Positions 31,811 through 43,268 of a stretch of 64,000 nucleotides of DNA are shown one piece after another. Source of the DNA: an uncultured Bacteroidales bacterium (GTDB taxonomy: Bacteria; Bacteroidota; Bacteroidia; Bacteroidales; VadinHA17); the NCBI GenBank assembly GCA_963741935.1, contig CAVUJY010000017.1, forward strand, positions 14,264 to 78,263. Direction: 5' to 3'. How positions within the stretch are numbered: the first letter of the stretch is position 1; every line of letters begins with the position of its first letter. The notes under the pieces are model-generated. The model was given only the letters and a program-made list of their open reading frames with translations. It made no database searches and had not been told where the DNA came from. A program made the translations under genes and the position numbers.

Positions 31811-34094
31811 TTATTTAGAGAAATCTTCAACCCTCTTTACATTTTCAATTCCCTTAATATTAGAAATTTTCAATATCAGGTTATTCAGGTCTTTTGTATG
31901 ATGTACAAACAGATCTATTGTACCTTCAAATATACCATCTCTGACTGAAATATTTATTCTGGTCATATTTACCTTAAGTTCCGATGAAATAATATTTGTG
32001 ATATCATTCACAAGTCCAATCCTGTCGATTCCTGTCATACTTATTCTGGCAAGAAAAGATACAAGCTTATGCATTGCCCATTTCACGGCTATTATCCTGT
32101 TGCCCTCATTCGACATAATTCGTATTGCAACCGGGCATTTTGGCTTATGTATTATAATTGCACCTTCAGGGGAGTGATAGCCAATAACTTCATCACCTGG
32201 TATCGGATTGCAGCATTTAGCAATTTCATATGACTGTTCAGCAGTATCAACGCTCTCTCTAAGTAAAAAAGGGACACTGTTGTCGATTTTATCCTGTGAA
32301 ACTTCCGGCTCTTTTTTTTCTTTTTTTGAACCTATAAGCTTTAATTCCCAATACTTAATAACGCTTTTGGAAGGATTGTTCTTTAAAATCTTCTTCAGGT
32401 TATCCAGGTTTATCCTTCCACGCCCGATGCCTGATAAGAGCTCGTCTTTATTTAAAACATCATAAGCCGGTAGCAGCTTTTTCAGTATTTCATTATTTAT
32501 TGTCATTCCCAATTCCTTAAGCCGGAATTCAAGAATATCCATCCCCTTCTGTATTGAGTCTTTTGATTCAGTCTTGAGTGCACTTTTAATAGCTTCCTTG
32601 GCTTTTGAAGTCCTTACAAATGCAAGCCATTCCTTCTCCGGTTTGGCAATATCTGAGGTTATGATTTCTACCTGATCTCCACTCATCAGTATTGCGTTGA
32701 TCGGATTTAGCTTGTAGTTTATTTTTGCACCTATAGCTTTGTTCCCGACCTCAGTATGTATTTCATATGCAAAATCAAGTGCAGAAGCACCTTTGGGCAG
32801 ACTTACCAGAAATCCTTTTGGTGTGAAAACTATTATCTCGGAAGAGAAGAGATTCATTTTAAATTCATCGAGAAACTCAATGGGATCCTCCAGTGGATTC
32901 TCAAGCATAATCCTGATTTTTTTAATCCACTTATCCAATTCACTTTCAGGAGATTCATCGCCTTTGTATTTCCAGTGTGCAGCATAACCTCTTTCAGCAA
33001 TCTCATCCATTCTCTTGCTTCTGATCTGCACCTCGACCCATTTCCCTTCAGGTCCCATAACAGTAACATGAAGGGCTTCGTAACCGTTTGGTTTGGGTCT
33101 GCTGACCCAGTCGCGGAGTCTGTCAGGTTTTGGCAGATATGAATCAGTGATGATTGAATAGATATTCCAGCATTGTGTTTTTTCAGGGATCCCCGCGTAC
33201 AGGTTCAAAAACGATCCTTACAGCAAGAACATCGTATATTTCCTCAAATGGAACGTTCTTTGCCTGCATTTTATTCCATATTGAAAATACTGATTTAGGT
33301 CTTCCGCTGATATCAAACTTTATTCCTGTATCTCCAAGTTTTTCAATTATAGGCAGTGAAAATTTATTTATGAGTGATACATACTTTCTTTCACTGTGCT
33401 TCAGTTTGGCCGTTATCTCATCATAAATCTGAGGTTGCCTGAATTTAAAACTAAGGTCTTCGAGTTCACTCTTAATGGCATACAATCCAAGCCTGTTTGC
33501 AAGTGGAGCGTAAAGAAAAATTGTTTCTCCGGCAACTTTTAACTTCTTATGCTCGGGCATCGAATCCAGCGTCCTCATATTATGCAGACGGTCAGCAATT
33601 TTTATGAGAATTACCCTGAGGTCGTCAGAAAGTGTCATTAACATCTTTCTGAAGTTCTCTGCCTGCAATGAGGATGAATTTTCTTTATTATATGTGCCGG
33701 ATATTTTAGTAAGACCATCAATCAGCGATGCTATTTTGGGGCCAAAATCTCTGTCAACATCTTCGAGTGAATAATCAGTATCTTCTACCACATCATGCAG
33801 AAGTGCAACTGCAATAGACTTTGCCCCAAGTCCGATCTCCTGGTTTACAACCTTTGCTACCGAAATAGGATGAATAATATACGGTTCTCCTGATTTCCTC
33901 CGCATGTTCCAATGAGCCTCATTGGCAACATTAAAAGCCTTGTCAATTAATTCCCTGTCACCAGGTTTATTACATCTCAGAAGATTATTTACCAGAGTTT
34001 CATATTCGGCCTGAATACGGTTCTTATCCTCTTCATCAAAAATATCCTTGTTCCCCATAAAAAAACTTGCAGCACCTTTTTGTGCAATATACAA
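31811..34094 (-). pseudogene. RelA/SpoT-family bifunctional (p)ppGpp synthetase/hydrolase, with one frame break near 33190.
   Basis: Fragments 33183..34094 (HD hydrolase: ..EPYIIHPISVA..LLHDVVEDTDY..; synthetase ..GRPKSVFSIWNKM..) and 31811..33208 (..GYEALHVTVMGP..VEVQIRSKRMDEIAERG.., TGS and ACT-like C-terminus). The true start may be the internal ATG at 34058. Confidence 0.85.
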
Positions 34095-34319
34095 AGATAA
34101 CTTTTCCCCAAATAAAATGTTAGCTAAAACTTAGTTTGTGAAAAATGATTTGTAATAATATCGCTAAAATTCCTCCTTTATTATTTCCCCGGATTTTGAT
34201 TTTTGAATATCTGGCTTTATAATAATCATAGTATCAGTATTATATCTGAGACAAGATCAGATATGGTACATCGATTAAGATTTGTATAAACGCTATATAA
34301 TGAAAGATAAATATTCAGG

Positions 34320-35825
34320 TTATCTGTTATGGATTATAGTAATTGTACCTGTTTTGGTAATAATCTCTCCTGATGGAGTTGTTACTTTTAAGAACCAGAG
34401 ACAGACACCCTGTGCCTGTTGATTGCCATTTTGTGTTCCATCCCAGGATTCGTTGAAATCTCTTGACTCAAACAACCTCTTGCCCTGCCTGTCGGTAATT
34501 ATAAGATAATAATCAACAGGAGAGAAGGATAATACAGGTCGGAATAATGAGTTAACGGTACCTCTGCCAGGGGTGAAAACATTTGGAACTGTGATAAGTT
34601 CTGTTGGTGAAATGCATTTTCGGGAAGAACTGCTTATTCCGGTAATTCCATATGGATTAAGCGATTCAGAAGCGGTTACATAAAAGCAGACTTCATCACC
34701 TGACACATCGTACATTAAATTCTTGTAATCGATTAGAAATGTTGTGTCGTTTGATGGTAACAATGCTCTTTCCTCAAATCCTGAACCAGTATTTATGTAT
34801 ACTTTGTAGGATGCCAGTTCTCCCTTCCACATTTTATACGAATTCCACGTCAGCTTAAGATCATTATCACTTTTCTCCAGGTCAAGTGTAATATTTGAAC
34901 AAATATTTGATACTGTAACAGGATTGCTACAGTTATTTATTGCAGAAAGCCTGTAATAATTAATAACATTGATATCAGCATTATTATCTGTGTACAGGAT
35001 TGATCCGCTATGTGATTCTACCTGAGATATCGTAGTGAAATCACTTGCCGGACTGCTGCTTTTTTCAATAATGAAATGTGTGACTTCAGAAGAGGAATCA
35101 TATGTAAACGATAACGAAATTTTATTGTCGGACGTTACAGTTGCATAGTCTGCATTGATCCATTCCGGTGGACGTTGCATACTTGTAAAAAGACATGCTT
35201 TGTTGGAGGTGGAAAAGGCTCCTCCCTCCAGATTTGCCCTTATTACGAAACAATAATTGGCATCTGTTGAAAAATCGTCCATTGTGAAACTGTTTGTCAC
35301 AGCAGATACTTTGCTGATTTCTTTCAGGTCTTCTCCGTTAAGAGAGCCCATAATAGAATAATCAGTCACTTTTTGGGGAGTTGAGAGATAACTGTTCCAT
35401 GACACAACTAATTTTTTATTACATGTATCAATCTCCGCCTTTGTGAAAATGGTATTTAATTCATTCGAAAGCTGACTTGGACATCCCGGCATTCCTGAAA
35501 TTACAGCTTCCCTATATGCTGCAACAACATATGATACGGAAAAGTATTTGGTTGAAGTACTTGAGAATGAAAAGCTTGTAGCAGACGGATTCCATATCGT
35601 ATCAAAGGCCATCCCATCACCATCCTTAAATGTATACAAAATATAGGCTGCAATTTTATCCGATGGACTTAGGGTCCATTCAAGATTTGTGATCCCGGTT
35701 TCCGGTTCAACACTTACAAGTCTCAAAACAGGGGGAGCCGGCACTTCACAATTTACTTGAGAGTAGACATTTCCATGATATAAAATAAGAATTGCAATAA
35801 TAATATACTGGAATTTTATCTTCAT
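34320..35825 (-). CDS. Secreted multi-Ig/Fn3-like protein with a T9SS type-B C-terminal sorting domain (gliding-motility-associated CTD).
   Basis: Intact 501 aa. Signal ..ILILYHGNVYSQ. C-terminus ..VPNVFTPGRGTVNSLFRPV..YYLIITDRQGKRLFES..WDGTQNG..GVCLWFLKV..GTITIIHNR matches the TIGR04131-type CTD pattern. Confidence 0.75.
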   Translation of the reverse strand: MKIKFQYIIIAILILYHGNVYSQVNCEVPAPPVLRLVSVEPETGITNLEWTLSPSDKIAAYILYTFKDGDGMAFDTIWNPSATSFSFSSTSTKYFSVSYVVAAYREAVISGMPGCPSQLSNELNTIFTKAEIDTCNKKLVVSWNSYLSTPQKVTDYSIMGSLNGEDLKEISKVSAVTNSFTMDDFSTDANYCFVIRANLEGGAFSTSNKACLFTSMQRPPEWINADYATVTSDNKISLSFTYDSSSEVTHFIIEKSSSPASDFTTISQVESHSGSILYTDNNADINVINYYRLSAINNCSNPVTVSNICSNITLDLEKSDNDLKLTWNSYKMWKGELASYKVYINTGSGFEERALLPSNDTTFLIDYKNLMYDVSGDEVCFYVTASESLNPYGITGISSSSRKCISPTELITVPNVFTPGRGTVNSLFRPVLSFSPVDYYLIITDRQGKRLFESRDFNESWDGTQNGNQQAQGVCLWFLKVTTPSGEIITKTGTITIIHNR

Positions 35826-37108
35826 CTTATTCCTGCTGTTATCTCATACAGATCTTCAATATTATAATACGTTCTGGCCAGTGTAATTATTTCATCAGCA
35901 TCAATTGTTCTTATTTTTTCTGCCAGTCTGTGATAATAGCTGTTATCCAATCCTAACTCCCATACTGATCTGAAACTTTCTGCGAGTGCAAATGGGCCAT
36001 CGAACATTCGTACCATTTCGCCCGACATAAAGTTACGCACAACAGACAACTCTGATTTGTTAACCGGAATGTTATGAAGCTTTCTTATCTCCTTATATAT
36101 TTCATCAATAGTACTATTAACATTTTTATGATTGACTTCAGTTGATATTATTTTATAACCTGAAAGATTGAGAGATGATACTGATGAATGAATACCATAT
36201 GTATAGCCTTTTTCTTCTCTGATGTTTTTCATAAGTCTTGATCCGAAATATCCTCCCAGAAGGGAATCAAGGAACTTGAGACCCGTATAATCGGGATGTC
36301 TCTTATTTATTGTCGTTGAACCGATACGGACAGAGGTTTGTACGGTATCGGTTTTAGGAATATGGACCTTTTTAAGTTTTTCTCCCTTAGGCAGGGGGTA
36401 AGAACCTGAAGTACCTTCCTGTTTTAAGCCGGAGTCAACATCTCCGAAGAATTGATTCAAAAGTTCTGATGTTCTCACGTGAAGCCTGCCGGATATTATA
36501 ACAGTCATATTATCAGTAGTATAGTACTTTGAGTGAAAATCATAAAGAAGTGATGGTGTGATCTTTTCAAAGTCACTTTCTGCCAGATGACGACCATACT
36601 GGTGATTCTTTCCGAAGACAGATTCAAAAAACTGCTCATTTGCAATATACTGGACCTTTTCCCTGTTAACCAAATACCTGCTCAGACGTTTTTTCATCAA
36701 AGCATTTAGTTCATTATCAGGAAATAATGGGCTAAACAGAATCTCTCTGCATAGTTCAAGCACTTTGCCGATATGTTTATTGAGAAAATATACCACAATT
36801 CCGGCCTGGTCTTTTTCAGAGTATAGGTGATAGAATGCCCCGTAGAAATCCATTAGGTTATTGAACTCTTCTGAAGTATAATTATGGGATCCCTCTGTTA
36901 ACATTAAATTAGTTGTTGAAGCAAGAAGCGGCATGGATTCTTTAATCTGACCTGCTTTGAAGGTGAATTCAAGACGCATCACATCCTGGGTACCCGCTTC
37001 AATCAGATAAACAGGAACCCCATTGTTAAGGGAAAATGAAGATGCTTCCGGTATTACAACCTTTTCAACAGGTAAAACCTTCGGCTGGGTTATGTGAATT
37101 ATGCTCAT
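35822..37108 (-). CDS. M16-family peptidase-like protein that lacks the HxxEH motif (non-catalytic partner subunit).
   Basis: The ORF 35822..37150 has a likely ATG at 37108, overlapping the upstream stop (ATGA). It has insulinase-like length and C-terminal domain pattern, but no HxxEH was seen. Confidence 0.7.
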   Translation of the reverse strand: MSIIHITQPKVLPVEKVVIPEASSFSLNNGVPVYLIEAGTQDVMRLEFTFKAGQIKESMPLLASTTNLMLTEGSHNYTSEEFNNLMDFYGAFYHLYSEKDQAGIVVYFLNKHIGKVLELCREILFSPLFPDNELNALMKKRLSRYLVNREKVQYIANEQFFESVFGKNHQYGRHLAESDFEKITPSLLYDFHSKYYTTDNMTVIISGRLHVRTSELLNQFFGDVDSGLKQEGTSGSYPLPKGEKLKKVHIPKTDTVQTSVRIGSTTINKRHPDYTGLKFLDSLLGGYFGSRLMKNIREEKGYTYGIHSSVSSLNLSGYKIISTEVNHKNVNSTIDEIYKEIRKLHNIPVNKSELSVVRNFMSGEMVRMFDGPFALAESFRSVWELGLDNSYYHRLAEKIRTIDADEIITLARTYYNIEDLYEITAGIR

Positions 37109-38355
37109 GATGACTCCTTTCGTGTTGATCTGTATATTAAAGTACTGCAATTAGATTGGTTAAGATACCTCAATGCTGTATCCATAACCATGTCCGGTGT
37201 TATTTTTCTGTATTCATTGACTTCGAGGTTAATCATTTCAGGGTCACCAAGGAGTTCGAAAAATGCAAGGTTCATGGATTTGTTTAAAACTGATGTATAG
37301 GAAAAAACAGTTGATGATTCAAATTTGTTTTTTACTTTTTCCATTTCTCTGTCGCTGCAGGAAATATTTTTTATCCCTGAAATAACTTCATTAATGGCAT
37401 CTTCAGCTTCCTGTATATCAATGCCTTTCATTAGCTTCCCATGAATAAATAACAGGCCGGGATCAATATCAGATGTCAGATAGGCATTTATTTCACTGAA
37501 CATTTTCTTTTCTCTTACAAGTATTGTATTTAGTCTTCCTGATTCGCCTCCGGCAAGAAGATCGGTTATAAGATCCAGTGTTTTAAAATCCGGGCCGTTT
37601 CTTGGTCCTATATGCCAGACTTTATATAATGCAGTTGATGGAACATCCTTTTCCAGAATCAGCCTTCTTTCTTCTGTCTGAACCGGTTCAGCAGGCAGGT
37701 TCCTTATTTTAACCTTTCTCTTTTCAATAGGGCCAAACCATTTTTGGCACAGCCTGAAAGCATCATTGTATTCAATATTTCCTGAAAGTGCTACAATTGC
37801 ATTATTAGGTGCATAATGAGAAAAGAAGAATTCCTTAATAGTCTTAAGATCAGTGTTTTCAATATGTGAGATATCCATGCCAATAGTTGGCCACCTGTAT
37901 GGATGAACTTTGTATGCAAGCGGCCTGATCTTCAGGATGGCATCTCCATATGGCTGATTAAGATATCTCTGGTTAAATTCTTCAATAACCACATTTTTTT
38001 GAGTGTCAAGATTTTTCTGGGAAAAATCAAGCTCCAGCATCCTGTCTGATTCAAGCCAGAAGGCTGTTTCGATATTCTCTGAAGGGATTGTAAGGTAATA
38101 GTTTGTTATATCGTTATTAGTAAATGCATTATTTTCTCCGCCAACCATCTGAAGAGGTATGTCATAATCAGGGATATTTACTGAACCTCCGAACATAAGA
38201 TGTTCAAAAAGATGTGCCAGACCTGTATTATCCGGATCTTCATCTCTCGAACCTACATCGTATAAAATATTCATGGCCACCAATGGGGTGGATTTATCTT
38301 CATGTACAAGTACCCTTAATCCGTTATCAAGAGTGAATCTGCTGAATTTTATCAT
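37105..38355 (-). CDS. M16-family zinc metallopeptidase (insulinase/pitrilysin-like).
   Basis: Intact 416 aa. The zinc motif HLFEHLMF (HxxEH) is near the N-terminus (..GLAHLFEHLMFGGS..). Confidence 0.8.
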   Translation of the reverse strand: MIKFSRFTLDNGLRVLVHEDKSTPLVAMNILYDVGSRDEDPDNTGLAHLFEHLMFGGSVNIPDYDIPLQMVGGENNAFTNNDITNYYLTIPSENIETAFWLESDRMLELDFSQKNLDTQKNVVIEEFNQRYLNQPYGDAILKIRPLAYKVHPYRWPTIGMDISHIENTDLKTIKEFFFSHYAPNNAIVALSGNIEYNDAFRLCQKWFGPIEKRKVKIRNLPAEPVQTEERRLILEKDVPSTALYKVWHIGPRNGPDFKTLDLITDLLAGGESGRLNTILVREKKMFSEINAYLTSDIDPGLLFIHGKLMKGIDIQEAEDAINEVISGIKNISCSDREMEKVKNKFESSTVFSYTSVLNKSMNLAFFELLGDPEMINLEVNEYRKITPDMVMDTALRYLNQSNCSTLIYRSTRKESS

Positions 38356-38436
38356 TCAATGAGGTATGAAAAATTTGTCTTATAGTTAAAAATTATCTGA
38401 TGACAAACTTAGATAAAAAACAGTGAACGTTTAGTA

Positions 38437-40227
38437 TTGTTTTTATATTTGCATAATTATGTTCAGAAATCATTTTTTCAGAAAATTTTTCATACGCGTC
38501 TATTTGAGATCGATCAGGTTAAGCTGGTTTATTTTCTTAGTCTGGTTGTGGGTTTACTAAGTGCACTGGCGGCTGCATTGCTTAAAAATGCAATTCATTA
38601 TACCCAGCGGATACTTACCCAGGGTATAACACGTGAATCAGGCAGACTTCTCTTTCTTGCATATCCGCTAATTGGAATGTTCCTTACACTAATATTTGTA
38701 AAGTATGTGGTTAAGGATAAGATCGGTCATGGTATAAGCAGGATTCTATACGCAATATCAAGAAGAAAGAGCATCTGAGAGTTCATAATACATGGACTTC
38801 AATTGTAGCCAGTACTCTGACTATAGGTTTTGGCGGTTCTGTAGGAGCTGAAGCTCCTATAGTATTAACAGGTTCATCAATTGGTTCAGTATCGGAAGAT
38901 TTTTTAAGCTGAATTATAAAAACATCACTTTTCTTATCGGATGCGGAGCTGCCGGTGCTATATCAGGGATTTTTAAAGCTCCGATAGCCGGAATTGTATT
39001 TACTCTTGAAATTCTGATGCTTGACCTGACAATATCATCAATTGTTCCGCTTCTTATATCTTCAGTAACTGCGGCAACTGTTGCATATTTTCTTATGGGC
39101 GATAAAGTTTTGTTTACTTTTAACATTATAGAGTCATTCAATATTTCCAATATTCCATGGTATATATTGCTTGGTGTTATTTCCGGACTCATTTCACTTT
39201 ATTTTTCAAAAATGACATTATTTCTGGAAGGGAATTATGAAAAAATAAAGAATATTTATATAAGGCTTATTCTGGGTGGTATAGTTCTTGGTGGACTGAT
39301 TTATTTCTTTCCTCCTTTTTACGGTGAGGGTTATGACTACAATTATGTTACTTCTTCAGGGAATTCAAATATGGTATTTGACAACGAGTATTTTTAGTCA
39401 TATTCAGAAATTTTATTGTAATAATTCTCTTTATGTCTGGCATTGTATTGTTTAAGGTTGTAGCAAGCAGTTCAACAAATGGGGCAGGAGGTGTTGGAGG
39501 AATATTTGCACCTACAATGTTTATAGGTGGTATAAATGGATTTTTTGTTGCAAGTCTTCTAAGAAATTTTTTGACTTTGATCTTCCCGACAACAGGTTTG
39601 TTCTTGTTGGAATGGCAGGTACGATGGCAGGTGTAATGCATGCACCTCTTACGGCAATTTTTCTGATTGCTGAAATAACAGGAGGATATAATCTGCTGAT
39701 GCCTCTTATTATTACATCAACAGTTGCATATATAACAACAAGAAGCTTTGAAAAGCATTCAATATATCATGTTCAGCTGGCGAAAGAGGTGAATTGATAA
39801 CACATGATAAAGATAAAGCTGTATTGACTTTTATGGACTGGAGAAAGGAGATTGAAACAGATCTTTTGCTTGTCAAACCAATGATACCTTCGGTGATCTG
39901 GTAAAAGTTATATCAAAATCAAAAAGGAATCTTTTTCCTGTAGTTGATGAATATAATATTCTTGAAGGAGTAGTATCGCTCGATGATGTAAGGGAGATAA
40001 TGTTCCAGCATGATCTATATAAGACTACACTTGTGAGGGATCTAATGTCAATTCCTCCGTCATATATTGATAAGAAGGAAAATATTGAAACTGTAATGGA
40101 AACATTCAGAAAGACAGGGGCATGGAACCTGCCTGTTCTTGATAATGGATATTACGTTGGATTTATTTCCAAATCAAGGATATTTGCAACATACCGTGAG
40201 TTACTAATCGAATTTTCAGAAGAATGA
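38437..40227 (+). pseudogene. ClC-family voltage-gated chloride channel / H+-Cl- antiporter with a C-terminal CBS pair. At least 5 frame breaks.
   Basis: Fragments 38437..38778, an unlisted piece about 38790..38910 (..GFGGSVGAEAPIVLTGSSIGS..), 39017..39397, 39433..39636 (..GAGGVGGIFAPTMFIGG..), 39612..39797 (..MAGVMHAPLTAIFLIAEITGGY..) and 40000..40227 (CBS: ..AWNLPVLDNGYYVGFISKSRI..). Confidence 0.8.
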
Positions 40228-40245
40228 AAATTTAAATTATATAAT

Positions 40246-41524
40246 ATGAAAAGAGATACCTGATTTTTGACCTTATTGAAAAGGAGCGTCAGCGTCAGAT
40301 AAACGGAATCGAGTTAATAGCTTCTGAAAATTTTGTCAGTCCCCAGGTACTTGAAGCAATGGGTTCGGTAATGACAAACAAATATGCTGAAGGATATCCG
40401 GGAAATCGTTATTATGGTGGATGTGAGATCGTTGATCAGTCGAACAGATAGCTATTGACCGGTTAAAGAAATTTTTGATGCAGAATATGCAAATGTTCAA
40501 CCTCATTCCGGAGCACAGGCAAATATGGCTGTATTCATGACAGTTCTAAAGCCCGGAGATACTTTCATGGGACTTAACCTTGCTCATGGAGGGCATCTTT
40601 CTCATGGATCACCGGTTAATTCATCCGGATTGTTTTATAAACCAGTTGCTTACAGTGTTAAAGAAGAGACTGGTCTTGTTGATTATGATATGATGGAAAG
40701 AACTGCCCTTAGAGGAGAAACCAAAAATGATAATAGGTGGGGCATCAGCTTATTCACGTGAGTGGGATTATGAAAGAATGAGAAAGATAGCTGATATGAT
40801 CGGTGCAATATTTATGGTTGATATGGCGCATCCGGCAGGACTGATAGCAGCCGGACTTTTAAAGAATCCTCTGAAATATGCTCATATTGTTACATCAACA
40901 ACTCATAAGACTCTTCGAGGTCCAAGAGGTGGAATAATTCTTATGGGCAAGGATTTTGTAAATCCATGGGGAATAACAACTAACAAAGGTGAAGTAAGAA
41001 TGATGTCATCACTTTTGAATTCAGCTGTTTTTCCGGGTATACAGGGCGGCCCGCTTGAGCATGTTATAGCATCAAAAGCAGTTTCATTCGGTGAAGCTCT
41101 TGATCCACCATTCATAGAATATCAGAAGAGGGTAAAAAAAAATGCTGTTGTAATGGCGAATGCATTCATGAAAAAAGGTTATAAAGTTATTTCTGATGGA
41201 ACTGATAACCATCTTATGCTTATTGACCTCAGGACAAAATTTCCTGATATATCTGGTAAAAAGGTTGAGAATACACTTGTCCGTGCGCATATAACTGTTA
41301 ATAAAAATATGGTTCCATTTGACAGCCGTTCACCATTTCTTACATCGGGATTGAGAGTGGGTACTCCGGCCATAACTACAAGAGGACTGAATGAGGAGCA
41401 TATGGGATTGATTGTAGAAATGATTGATGAGGTTATTTCAAATATTGAAAATGAATCTGTGATCGGCAATGTAGGGAAAAGAGTAGTTGAAATGATGAAA
41501 TCTTTTCCTTTGTTTTCTGAATAA
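40246..41524 (+). pseudogene. glyA: Serine hydroxymethyltransferase, with at least 3 frame breaks.
   Basis: ATG 40246. ..[55 protein letters not shown].. read across frames. Fragments 40525..40761 (..[12 protein letters not shown]..) and 40727..41524 (..[15 protein letters not shown]..). Confidence 0.9.
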
Positions 41525-41616
41525 AATCATGTCAGTGATTTCTAAATTATTATAATTTAACTGAATAAAATTTTTATTTTAACTTTATCTAAGACCTTAT
41601 CAATTTTATTCAATCA

Positions 41617-42039
41617 ATGAGAAAAAGCTTATTTTTATTGTAGATGATGATCCGTTTATTAACACGCTGGTAGAGACGATTTACTCTGAAGGCTATCAGC
41701 TTGAGTCATTTGATTATGGAGAAGATTGTCTTAATGCAATAAATAGGAATCCTGATCTCATGATTCTTGATTACTTTTTTGTAAATAACGAAACAAAGGT
41801 GATGAATGGAATGGAGGTTTTTGAAAAGATCAAAGATTTAAGCCTGACCTGTAATTATGTTGTCAGGACAGGAAAAGGGAGAAATTGTACTTGAACTTGC
41901 CAGAAAAGGTATTGATGATTATATTATAAAGGATAATAATCTCATTGATAATCTTAATACTGCAATAAACGAACTATTTGAAGGAATTAATGAAAAGACC
42001 GGGTTTCCGCGGTTAATTTATTTCAGAATAAAATTATAG
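41617..42039 (+). pseudogene. Stand-alone response-regulator receiver (CheY-like) protein, with frame breaks near the start and near 41850.
   Basis: ..KKLIFIVDDDPFINTLVE..NPDLMILDYFF..MNGMEVFEKIK.. then 41857..42039 MLSGQEKGEIVLELARKGIDDYIIK.. No output domain. Confidence 0.6.
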
Positions 42040-42878
42040 GTTATTGTACCTTTTTGAATTACAGGTGCATCGGGTTTTGATTCAAAATGGGCCTCTAATG
42101 CAGCTTCTTTGGCTACTTTAAGAAGATATTCATCGAGAGTAGTTGATCCTTTTATTCCCGGAATAGCCTGAATAACCTTTCCTGATCTGTCAACACTTAC
42201 TTCCACAACAACTTTTCCTTCTCCCTGATAATCGTAATCTGGGCAAGGCAGTTTCTGAACACCTCGTCCTGCAAGATCATAGAAATCCCTTTATCTCCAA
42301 GTCCGTTGCCTTCACCTCTTACTTTTGAATCTACTGACCTGTTGAGGAACCCTGGTTCCCTTTCCTCCGGTTATTCCTTCGCTGTTAGAAGTTCCGGCAT
42401 TTTTTGAGTTTGCCAGTGCATTTTTGGTCCGGTTCATTATATCGGTCTGACTTTGCTGTTCTGCTTCGATTCTTTTTCTTTCAGTCTTCTTCCTCAGCTT
42501 TCTTTACTCTTTCAGCTTCAAGTTGTTCTCTTCGTTCCTGTCTGCTTCAATTTTTTCAAATTTCTTCTTTTCAGCTTCAGGATCAACTTTTTTACCTCGG
42601 GAGCTTCTTCATCATTTTGTGTAAGCAGGGGATCTTCTTCACTTTTAACCGTATTTTCAGCAGATGGAGGAGAAGCAATTTCCTGATGGCAGGAGGTGAA
42701 GGTTCAATCATTCCCGATCCGGTTTCATCTGTTCCGAAATTAACAATTATTCCTTCTTCTATTTCAGGAGGTGGGGGTACTGAAAAACTAACAAGAAGAG
42801 CAACAGGAAAAAATCAGATGTATTATAATGTTCCGGCAATGCCTTTCCCTTTTTCTGAAGGAAACTTGTGAAGATCAT
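42018..42878 (-). pseudogene. tonB: Energy transducer TonB, with several frame breaks inside a Lys/Glu-rich linker.
   Basis: The ATG at 42878 overlaps the exbD stop. N-terminal ..VPPPPEIEEGIIVNFGTDETGSG.. Charged K/E-rich linker between about 42430 and 42650. C-terminal TonB domain in fragment 42018..42206 (VSVDRSGKVIQAIPGIKGSTT..AKEAALEAHFE..GTITYNF). Confidence 0.7.
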
Positions 42879-43267
42879 TATTTGGGCGAGGTTGCAATTA
42901 TCAGTTTATAATTATTTGCTTGTGCAATATTCAAAACTTTTACAACATTTTCAAAAGGAACACTTTTATCTGCATGCAGAGCAATATAGGTATCTGGATT
43001 GTCTCCAAGCTTTTCCTTCAGAACACTTCCAGATCATCAAATGCACCGGTTGTTCTTCAACATAATAATTTAGATCACGGGTTATCGAAACTGTTGTCAG
43101 TGGTTTCGCAGATGTCTGGGAACTACCTTTAGGCAGCAGAAGTTTCAGTGCAGTCGGATGAACCAGTGTTGATGTCAACATGAAGAAGATGAGAAGGTTA
43201 AAAACAACATCAGTCATTCCCACCGAACTGAAGTTTATACTTATTTTATTTCTTTGAGAATTGCCAT
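42878..43267 (-). pseudogene. exbD: Biopolymer transport protein ExbD, with two frame breaks.
   Basis: MAILKE.. / ..KISINFSSVGMTDVVFNLLIFFMLTSTLV..LLLPKG..ITRDLNYYVEEQPV.. / ..DNPDTYIALHADKSVPFENVVKVLNIAQANNYKLIIATSPK* with stop 42878..42880. Confidence 0.75.
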
Positions 43268-43268
43268 T

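Noticed and set aside
42404-42871. 155-aa plus-strand ORF (and 42453..42686), rich in S, F and L, opposite tonB.
   Set aside because: It is the complement of the Lys/Glu-rich TonB linker. The minus strand carries the recognisable TonB N-terminal (PPPPEIEEG) and C-terminal domains.
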